A stretch of 64,000 nt of DNA from Eukaryota sp. TZLM1-RC (Eukaryota; Protista; Metamonada: BaSk clade), in contig JAUPSS010000003.1 of assembly GCA_040285825.1 (NCBI GenBank), positions 930,001 through 994,000 of the forward strand, in the 5' to 3' direction. Below, piece after piece: positions 55,657-64,000 of this stretch. The position numbers were made by a program, and so were the translations under genes. Positions within the stretch are counted from its first letter, which is position 1. Every line of letters starts with the position of its first letter. The notes below the pieces were generated by a model. That model had not been told where the DNA came from. It searched no databases and saw only the letters and a program-made list of their open reading frames with translations.

Positions 55657-56252
55657 TACTGTCGATATAGTAACCTTGTACTATAATTTTAGAAAAATTA
55701 ACTGTATATTAAATAAATTAATGGTTGATTTCCTATTGTTTAAATGGATTCAAAGAATGAGGAAAGACAACTTTGTTAGCTTCCTGATAAGGAATTAACA
55801 TTAGTGATAGAGTCGCATCAGGAGTCTTTGTTGTTCTGTTAGTGTAATGATACCCAATATCCAAACAATGCTCAGAAGATGCTTGTAATGCCCTTAGTAT
55901 TTCCATTTGCCAATGTGGATCAATTGTGATGACCTAAATGTAAGGGTGGTCTTGGTTTACCTGTTCTTACCCTATTGTATAAAGAATATCAAAATCAGAA
56001 ACACCACGTTTTGCAAAATTCTTTTGATCCTGACATGAGAAATTGATTTCAAACAATGAAACAAAGAAGATCTAATTGGAAACGGAAATCTCATCTAATT
56101 GAACAGTTGGAGAAATATTATTTATCAGTAAAAGACAGAAAATCGATTGACAAATACCCAAATTCGTCAGAAACTTATTTCCAAATTTAAACATAGTTTC
56201 TGTTACTAAAAATAGTGTTATTTGTCTCTTCCAGTTTCCTCCACGATCATCT

Positions 56253-57329
56253 ATGTACAACACGTATTCGTCCCCAGTGGGATCCCTGTCCCCTACATCA
56301 GCTCTGGACTTTTCCATTCCATCGATACCAATAGTCAGAATCCATAAGCAGAATAAGCGATCTAAATGGATCTGGATTTTGTCAATTGCTGTTGTTCTTT
56401 TGCTCATTGTTTGCTCTGCCATGACCTTCACCATTGCCTCCTGTGTTGGTATCGTCCCTGAAGAAAGTGTTCATTCTTTCACCACCAAGCACAGAGACTA
56501 TTTTGATATCAACCTATCACTCAATCGGGCTGATGTTCGGTTCTCAATGTATTCAGGGACTACGCTTGATGTCATTATTTACCATTCTGGACAGAACGCA
56601 ACCATTTCATTTGACTTGGATCATTCAACCCTCTCCATTTCTCAGCCAAAGTTATCCTCAATCTTCAGTTTCTTACGTGTTTGTGATTCCCTCACTGTGC
56701 AGTTCCTTTTACCACCAAAGTTTTCCCTAAACAACCTCAACATTAGCTCAGAGATGGGTATTATTGACCTATCTGGCCTCTCTTCCATTAAAATGAACTC
56801 TGTTTCAGTTTCCACCTCCAGAGGTAGTATACGTTCAGATAGCCTCCGTGCAAATTCCATCTCATTTTTCCAAAACACAGGATCCTCTCACTTAGGTGAC
56901 ATTGAAACCGGTTCACTTAGCTCCGTCTCTTCAAGTGGAGATGTTATGTTTGGTAGAACAGTGGCGGTCAATGTTTCATTAGTTTCTACTTCTGGAAATC
57001 AAGAATTAACCTCTCTTTTCGCCATTTCTTCTAGCTTCCGAACCTCTAGAGGCACAATCACCATTCCAAGACTCAATAATGGAGATGTTTACTTTAGAAG
57101 TGGTTCGGGAAGAATCTTTCTTGGGGTGGGGAAGGAATGGAATGGCCCATTTGACATTCATACAACTGCTGGAAGTGTTAATTTTCCTGAAAATAGATTG
57201 GTTTTTCACCAACAATCGACCTATACCGCTAGGGGAGTTATTTTTCCCAGCCCTGAATTTGAGGAATCCCCTGCGTGGGAAATTTTCGCTCGGAGTTCTC
57301 TTGGGAATTGTATTGTTAGTGTTTTTTGA
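56253..57329 (+). CDS. Membrane-anchored DUF4097/adhesin-like beta-repeat protein
   Basis: One TM helix, then repeated TSxGxI motifs (SEMGII, TSRGSI, SSSGDV, TSGNQ, TTAGSV, SSLGNC). Confidence 0.65.
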   Translation: MYNTYSSPVGSLSPTSALDFSIPSIPIVRIHKQNKRSKWIWILSIAVVLLLIVCSAMTFTIASCVGIVPEESVHSFTTKHRDYFDINLSLNRADVRFSMYSGTTLDVIIYHSGQNATISFDLDHSTLSISQPKLSSIFSFLRVCDSLTVQFLLPPKFSLNNLNISSEMGIIDLSGLSSIKMNSVSVSTSRGSIRSDSLRANSISFFQNTGSSHLGDIETGSLSSVSSSGDVMFGRTVAVNVSLVSTSGNQELTSLFAISSSFRTSRGTITIPRLNNGDVYFRSGSGRIFLGVGKEWNGPFDIHTTAGSVNFPENRLVFHQQSTYTARGVIFPSPEFEESPAWEIFARSSLGNCIVSVF

Positions 57330-57397
57330 TGAATCGTTATTGTTTTTATTCCTTGCATTTGTACATATTTTTCAATGTTTTTGTGTAAAATTTAGTT

Positions 57398-58267
57398 TTA
57401 TTGTGTATTTTTGGTAAACATTGGTCTCTTGAAACTGAAAGCAGGCGTTTTCATATAGTTGTTAACCAAACCACTTGACTTTGATAATGGTGTTGCGTTC
57501 CTTAAAACGCTAAAGCGATCACCTCTACACTTCAATACTGCTGGTTGTTCCTCTCCACTATTTAAATTCTCTTTAACACCTGTAATAGACACTCCTTGTC
57601 TAAATATACCAGCTCTAGAGGGAGGTCGAAGTTTTGGAGTTTTAACTATTCTGGAAGCAAGTGAAAAGGAGTTTGATTGCTTTTGATTAATGATTGATGG
57701 GTGTTGATTGTCATGGTTGAATTGGCCAGTTTCCAGCTTGGTTTTTAGTTCCTCATACAGTTCTTGATATTGTCTCTTTTGACGACTACGTTCGGCGTAC
57801 TTTTCACTCATTTCTGCTCTTTCTCTCTTTTCTTTTTGCAAATCCTCCTTTAGTTGATCCAGTTCGTTCCTTGTTCGGTTGAGTTGGTTTTTATGCTCTA
57901 CTAATTGGTCTGAGAGTTGTTGTTCTGATTTCCCGACTCGGGACAGTTCTCTTTTGTATTGAAATGTGGTATACTGCTGGTCAATGTCCCGTTGGTTGTT
58001 CCAAAACAATATTGCGTGTTTCATCATTTCCATAATCAAATCTGGTGGATAGCCACATAGAATGCGTTTTATAGATGAGTCTGGGGATAATTGAACTTCC
58101 TGGATGTCAGTACTCTTGAGGAAACTGTACTCACACCCAGGGCATGAAGAATGTGTTCCAGATATAGGATCTATGCAAGAAACACACAGAAAATGACCAC
58201 AGACCGTGGTATAAGCCCGTTCTTTTGCAACCTGCCAACATTTGTTACATTTCAATTGTGTGACCAT
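57398..58267 (-). CDS. HEI10: HEI10/CCNB1IP1 meiotic RING E3 ligase
   Basis: CNKCW..AYTTVCGHFLC..CPGC..LSP..LCGYPPDLIM..AILFWNNQ, then a coiled coil with ERSRQKRQYQELYEELK. Confidence 0.82.
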   Translation of the reverse strand: MVTQLKCNKCWQVAKERAYTTVCGHFLCVSCIDPISGTHSSCPGCEYSFLKSTDIQEVQLSPDSSIKRILCGYPPDLIMEMMKHAILFWNNQRDIDQQYTTFQYKRELSRVGKSEQQLSDQLVEHKNQLNRTRNELDQLKEDLQKEKRERAEMSEKYAERSRQKRQYQELYEELKTKLETGQFNHDNQHPSIINQKQSNSFSLASRIVKTPKLRPPSRAGIFRQGVSITGVKENLNSGEEQPAVLKCRGDRFSVLRNATPLSKSSGLVNNYMKTPAFSFKRPMFTKNTQ

Positions 58268-58494
58268 TGATGGAAAGCTGATGGAGGGTAACGGATAATG
58301 TACAGATTAATGGAGAAGGTGCAGGGAAATTGTACAAAATCCAAACTTCGATCACTCAACTACCCTCATTTGTCATGCACTAAATCAACATTATTATGTT
58401 GGTTTCTTATTAAAAATTTATATTTAACTCATGCTATATTAAACAAACTACTTACACAACTCTGCAAACAATCTACTAAAATTTTATTGAACTA

Positions 58495-58625
58495 CAACAC
58501 TTAACAAAATTAAATCATAACTAATTGGACTAAATTCAATGAACCACGATTTCCACTACAAAATCCTGGTCTGCTTGTATTCTGGCCATTGCTTCTTTTA
58601 ATTCGATAAAAAAACCTCGTAACTG
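58495..58625 (-). mobile_element. Degenerate 3' fragment of non-LTR family A
   Basis: Reverse complement resembles the family A C-terminus (ADQDFVVEIVVH) and 3' UTR. Confidence 0.6.
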
Positions 58626-58861
58626 CTCAAATTATTAGTGACACATCATATACATATAAGACTTGATGCAACTCAATCGATCCCTCAACTGATGACACCG
58701 ATGACCACTAAAACGACTCGGAATCCACAATTGTTATATTAATTTTCCCAAAATGGACTTTAAAGACAGGTTCAATTCTCACGGATTTTCTGTTTCACTT
58801 GGACGATTGAGCAGGTATTGTTCAATAGAATCAAACAATTGCAAAAAAACATTTATTTGAA

Positions 58862-60787
58862 TTAAAAACAAGTATTATATAACGTTGACCCGGTTAGTTC
58901 ATGCTGAAATTGCTTGAATACTGTAAAATAATCATAACCACTGTACTGTCTATCATCAGTCCATGGCTTCGCTGCACCAAAATAATGGATAGTTTTGAGC
59001 TTTTTGGGGTTCAGAAAACGCCTTCCTGAATTGCAAAACAATCGATGTCCTTGACCATGGTAATACGTTGGTAATCGTGTTGCTGAAGTTTGGAAATAAT
59101 GTCCAAAAAAAGAATTTACAGGGAGAAATTGAGGATAGAGACCAGAATCACTCAATACAGAACGTGTCAGTTCATTAAACACATCTTCAGAGGGGCGTAA
59201 AGCAAAGAAGCCTCCATTGAGATCATTCAAATTGTTTGGATGGTTGGGAGCTACAGCAATGGACCCTGGGAAGAAAAACAAATCATCAAGATTATCAAGA
59301 GCCACAATATCAGCATCAAGAAAGATGACAGACTCAAATTGTGTTAGCGACCAAGAATAGAGCTTTGAAAACAGTCCAGCACTACAATAGCGACTAGAGA
59401 CAAAAGATGGTGGGCATTTGAACTTTGGGATTGGAAAAACCTCAACACCCATGCAATTTAGCTTATTTGTAATGTACCCATCCCTGTCAATGTTGTCTAG
59501 CATCAAGACTCCAATGGTGGCGTTGGTCAGGGTTCGCTTTAATGACCATGCCCACACCAACACAATCTCGTAAAAATCATTCGAAGTTATAAGTGAAAGG
59601 TACAAGTGTTTTTCAGAAACCAAAGAACTTGGTTGTTGTGTCCTTTGAAGCATGCTAGCAACAGTCTCGTCTTGTAGCCCACATTTGCTCTTTCCCATGT
59701 CTTTGTTGTATACGTTACGAGCCCAAGTTCTGCCATCTAGAGAATAGGGGGAATGTGTCCTTGCAGAGTAAAAACTCTTTTCTTCGAAATCAGCAAGTCT
59801 CAAGTCATTGATCTTTCGTCCAGGAAATAGAAATAGAAATAGCATAATGCTGAGCAAAATTCCCCAAATGAAATAGGCAAATGCTTCACTTAAAGGTCTC
59901 TTAGTTAACGTTATTATGTGATTCCTCAGCTGTTGTCTGTTTGGTTTCAAAGAATTTAACGTCATTCCAAACAACAAAGAAGCTACAGTCAGCAGAAAAT
60001 GGGCCAAAGGTAGTGAATAACCATCAATCACCAAGAGTGAAGGAATAACTGACAAAAATAACAAAAAGAAAGCAAACCAAGCTACATGAGAAGGTAAAAG
60101 AAAAGAGTTGCGTAAACGACAGAAAAAAACTCTAACAATCAACAAAAAACCAAAGAACAAACAGAACCCTAAATAAAAACCACTTAAAATTCCTAAATTC
60201 ACTCTTCCCGGTGGATTAGCAAAAACAGGTAGATCATAAAGAATTAAAGGAAAAGACAACAAAGGTAAGGATTTTGAGATTGATTTAAAGTGGGTGTAAA
60301 TATCTTTGAAAAATCTTGTTAGAAAGGACACTGAACAAAACAAAATCAAAGGAGAGAACAGAGTGGAAAACAAAACAGGAAGGTCTTTGATTGATAGGGG
60401 TATGGAAAGCATATAATTGGTAAGGATTGATAAAAGACAACATGGAAGCAGTACTGAGAACAAAAGAGGGGAAAGATTGAAGAGAGTGACAGAGATGGCA
60501 AAAAGTGATATCGAAATAACATGAGAAGGGGATGACACGGATAAAGTGGAAAACGCCGAATGAATGGCCATAATCGATATTATTGTGAGTAAAGTGGGTG
60601 TTGTGATCTTTGCTGGCGATTTGTATGGGACATGAACATGGTTGACAGAAACAGATACAAGGCTTATTAGCAGAGATGCGCCAAAAGTGTGGGCATTAAT
60701 TACAGGAAAAACCTTTAGAGAAAAGTTAATTGAACTTAAAGATGCCACAAAGAGTACTGGCAACAGCAGGTGTGTCAGGATCCTCAT
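58862..60787 (-). CDS. GT8 (glycogenin-like) glycosyltransferase with multi-pass N-terminal membrane region
   Basis: FSKLYSWSLTQFESVIFLDAD..NLDDLF, LNGGFFALRPS, IHYFGAAKPW; ~320-aa hydrophobic N-terminus. Confidence 0.8.
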   Translation of the reverse strand: MRILTHLLLPVLFVASLSSINFSLKVFPVINAHTFGASLLISLVSVSVNHVHVPYKSPAKITTPTLLTIISIMAIHSAFSTLSVSSPSHVISISLFAISVTLFNLSPLLFSVLLPCCLLSILTNYMLSIPLSIKDLPVLFSTLFSPLILFCSVSFLTRFFKDIYTHFKSISKSLPLLSFPLILYDLPVFANPPGRVNLGILSGFYLGFCLFFGFLLIVRVFFCRLRNSFLLPSHVAWFAFFLLFLSVIPSLLVIDGYSLPLAHFLLTVASLLFGMTLNSLKPNRQQLRNHIITLTKRPLSEAFAYFIWGILLSIMLFLFLFPGRKINDLRLADFEEKSFYSARTHSPYSLDGRTWARNVYNKDMGKSKCGLQDETVASMLQRTQQPSSLVSEKHLYLSLITSNDFYEIVLVWAWSLKRTLTNATIGVLMLDNIDRDGYITNKLNCMGVEVFPIPKFKCPPSFVSSRYCSAGLFSKLYSWSLTQFESVIFLDADIVALDNLDDLFFFPGSIAVAPNHPNNLNDLNGGFFALRPSEDVFNELTRSVLSDSGLYPQFLPVNSFFGHYFQTSATRLPTYYHGQGHRLFCNSGRRFLNPKKLKTIHYFGAAKPWTDDRQYSGYDYFTVFKQFQHELTGSTLYNTCF

Positions 60788-60999
60788 AACTGATTAAAAT
60801 GATGAGTATCAGAGTATGTAAGAAGGACATCTTCCGATATTCAAACTATTAGGGTTTGGATCAGGTTACACGACCTTCGCACCCTCACTATTGTTGTTAC
60901 AACAAGATCATTATATTAATAGACGCAACTAAGTTTTATGTATGTATTTATTGCCTCAGGTCCAAAATCTTATTTTCTACTGTTTCGTTTTTATAATAT

Positions 61000-61400
61000 A
61001 TATTTATTTTCTTCGAAGAATCAAATAAAAACAAAACAAACTAAAACACATAAGAAACTAAATTCTCCACGCCAACTCTTGATGAATCCTTATAAAGTTT
61101 GGACATCATTAAACTCAAGTACTTGGGAACACTTCTGTACAAAGCGAAAATGATACGATTCTTCCATAAATTCCCTGCAAAATTCTTACCACTTGAACTA
61201 CATAAATTACCAAAATCATTGATGAAATTCAAGGCGGATTGTCCAATGTTGCCAAAAATCGAAAAGGCAAAAGGAACAAACGAAAACTTCGAGTAAAGAT
61301 TCTTATTTAAATCATTTAATATCTCAGTATATTTATCTCTCTTACGATCTTCAGCCTTGTTTAAATGACCATTTGTACTAAGTAAAACATCATCGCGATA
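61000..61400 (-). mobile_element. 3' fragment of REL non-LTR family D
   Basis: FVPFAFSIFGNIG..LWKNRIIFALYRSVP; its 3' end recurs inverted at 61783-61830. Confidence 0.7.
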
Positions 61401-61544
61401 AACAAAAGCAAAGTTTTCTACTGTTTCTGCTTTATACAGTAGTTTATTGAATTCAATTTATGTATTTATCTCACCCAATCAGTTGTAATTTGTATCGATT
61501 CAAAAGTAAAAACTTATTTATAGTAAAAGAAACTACTAGATTGA

Positions 61545-61778
61545 TTAATTGATCAAACTAGACCAACGACAATCCTCTCTCTCCTTCTCCAAAAAGTTTA
61601 CTAAAAATGCATACTGATCAACAGTTTCTACCATGAAGGGACATCTACGGGTACGGATAAAGTAAATGAAATCATCCAAATCAAACTCAGCTAGGGTACC
61701 TTCCTTTGACCTTGTTAGAATTTCCAACATACAAATGAGAACACCGGTTCTACCAATTCCAGCCATGCAGTATATGAA
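61545..61778 (-). pseudogene. C-terminal fragment of a protein tyrosine phosphatase
   Basis: YCMAGIGRTG (CX5R loop) and MVETVDQYAF (Q-loop); the 5' part is replaced by a LINE 3' end. Confidence 0.65.
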
Positions 61779-61896
61779 TATGTTGGTTTCTTATGTGTTT
61801 TAGTTTGTTTTGTTTTGATTTGATTCTTCGTAGAAAATTAAATTAAATTAATTAAATATAAATAATAACTATAGGTTCTTTTAAAAGACAGATATA

Positions 61897-63950
61897 TCAT
61901 ATATGTCTTAAGTCACGTATATAATTGATCGAACTTATAAAGCTCCTAACTTCAGGTAATGTCCTGGGTTTGAATAGGTTGATCAGTCCCTCAATCCTAG
62001 ATTCATTTATATAACGGGTTTTGTTTATAAAAATACTACCTAGAATTTTTATTTCATGTTTGTAAGTGGTAAAGCTACACTTGGGTAGGCCCAGGTTAAT
62101 TCTAAAACGTTTGACGCGTTCTAGGACCATACCTACTCTGGATAAAAATTCATCCAAAGTTGAAGCTACTATCATAACATCATCGATATATATAAATACA
62201 CCTTTGGAATCAAAAATTTCCATCATCATGTTTTGGAAGACTGCAGGAACGTTCTTCAAACCAAAACAAGCCTTTTTAAAACTGATCGACATCTCTGGAA
62301 TTAATACGGTAGTTTTATCAATATCCTCTTCTGCAATTTTGAGCTGCCAAAATGCCTTAGGTAAATCTAGAGTTGTTATATAATTAGCTTTACCCAGAAA
62401 TTCTAAGAGGTCGCTAATCCTGAGCAAATTTGCCTCTACAGGTTTAGTTAAATCGTTTACTCCACCAATACCACTAAAATCGCCAGTTAATCGTGGTTTC
62501 CTGTGATCATGGTAAATCACTAGACAGATGGGACTACTGAATTGAGACTTTGCGGGCACAGCAAGCTCATTACGGATCAATTCGTTAAAAATTTCCTCGG
62601 CTACCGGTTGTTTTTCTGGGTTTAACCTTCGAGGTTTCCTTTTGACGTCATAAAATGGAATGGTCATCGGCTGACAATCAATTCCATCCGGGGTAGGTAG
62701 CCCACTAAATACATCTTTGTATTTTTTGGATAGCACGACTAGGCGTTCCTCATCCCTGATGTCATCCAGGCATATTCGACAGCCCAACTCATCTAAATCA
62801 TGTCTGAATGTGGAGTGCCCAAAATCATTACCTAAGTTTGATTTATTACTCAATTGTTCAATGAATCTAATTGGTTGACAAATTTTATTATCAAACTCAC
62901 ATTCAGCATTTAAGACGGTGCGATGTTCGCGATCCAAATTAATATTAAAACCGTGCTTCGTGCGTAGCCCCAAGGTTTGTAATAAGTCTCTTCCGATCAA
63001 AAAATTGTTGGTACCAGGAATGATCTGGAATTCAATCCTCAAAAACACTTGAGTATCCAAGCTATCCACAATGAGAGCCAGAACACCATTTGCACATCCT
63101 AAGGTCGTGGAGCGAATACCATTTGCCGATAGGTATTCGACGGTTTATTGTGTTTGACCGTCATATTACATTTTAGAGCTAATTCCATCGATAATGCTGA
63201 GAATGCAGCTCCATTATCGATTTCGCCTTGTTTTTTTACATTGTTAATTGAGCAGTTCAACCAAAGTTTCCGGCTAGAACTTGTTTGGTCTCATGTCACC
63301 CCGGATAGTCTAACACTGTGGATAGAACGCACATAATTGGATGAATCCCTAAATTTTTTTAATGGATTTTGGTGTCTATAATTTGTATAAACTTTTCTCA
63401 TTTTGTAAATGGTATTGTTCGAATTGTGTGTAAAGTTCAAAGACGTATATTCAACTGATTTATTACTACTACTAAACATTTTTCGTTTGTCACCCGGACC
63501 ACCTCTTCGTTTTTTGTTGATTAGGTCTACCTACTACTGAGAAACATTTGTTTTCAGCGTGTCTATTTGTATTACAGATGCTACACCATTGCCCAGGAGG
63601 AATTTGCCTGGCTTGATGTTTAAGTTTACCACTACCCTTGGAATTTTTAGGGTGCATTCTTGAGGAACCTCTTGACTGGCTTAATCCCCTAAATGAAGGT
63701 TTGTTACCAAATAATATTTTTACATTTGCTAACTCCAGATTTTCAAATTCTTTCAATTTCTGAACAAAGGCTTGTCCAAGAGCATATATGACATCGCCCA
63801 GTTTACCAACGTTCCTGCTACCTTGAAAAAATTCATCAATTCAAATCCCGTAGGTATTTACGAGTTGGTCGTTAGTTTTCTTGTTGATTTCCTCTAAGAT
63901 TCTCCTAGCGGAAAAACCAACAGAAGGCTGCTCATGGGTTCTCGGCATTG
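61897..63950 (-). mobile_element. Decayed Ty3/gypsy LTR retrotransposon (gag knuckle, protease remnant, RT)
   Basis: CSICNTNRHAENKC (63490-63756), IDNGAAFS near 63200, LIGRDLL, RT motifs LDLPKAFWQL, FGLKN.PAVFQ and YIDD. Truncated before RNase H/integrase; no LTR seen in the window. Confidence 0.85.
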
Positions 63951-64000
63951 CGGTTGACCGTCTTATTTTATATATAAACTGCTTTATAAATGTGTTCCAA

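Noticed and set aside
55740-56200. Possible RT-linker relic (GGLGLP motif)
   Set aside because: Too degraded to delimit or assign; probably another LINE remnant.
1-64000. CRISPR-like array, tRNA or rRNA genes
   Set aside because: No regularly spaced repeat-spacer array near any Fanzor, and no tRNA cloverleaf or rRNA signature seen by eye.

Overview
AT-rich, gene-dense eukaryotic DNA, most consistent with a compact protist genome: about 20 host genes, almost all intronless, with two tiny GT-AG introns of 32 and 34 nt. Host genes include WASP, a nucleotide-sugar transporter, LMBR1-domain, NOC4-like, PDI/TMX-like, F-box/LRR, GT8, HEI10, M1AP-like and CatSper epsilon/delta-like genes. They are interleaved with many mobile elements: at least 5 families of 5'-truncated REL-endonuclease (CRE-like) non-LTR retrotransposons, three Mutator (MULE) deletion derivatives with TSDs, a gag-only LTR element nested in a LINE, and a decayed Ty3/gypsy. 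Highlights: (1) Four distinct Fanzor1 (eukaryotic TnpB-like RNA-guided nuclease) loci. One is intact (651 aa, RuvC D-E-D) and is followed directly by a strongly base-paired ~270-nt candidate omega-RNA and then a BTB gene. A decayed relative carries a similar structured RNA with a shared stem motif. (2) U1 and U2 snRNA genes that are not in the ORF track and share a 26-bp upstream element. The U1 5' end reads ACAUACC, exactly complementary to the GTATGT donor seen in this window. (3) Meiosis genes and a CatSper auxiliary-subunit homolog. All family calls come from motif recognition by eye, with no database search.
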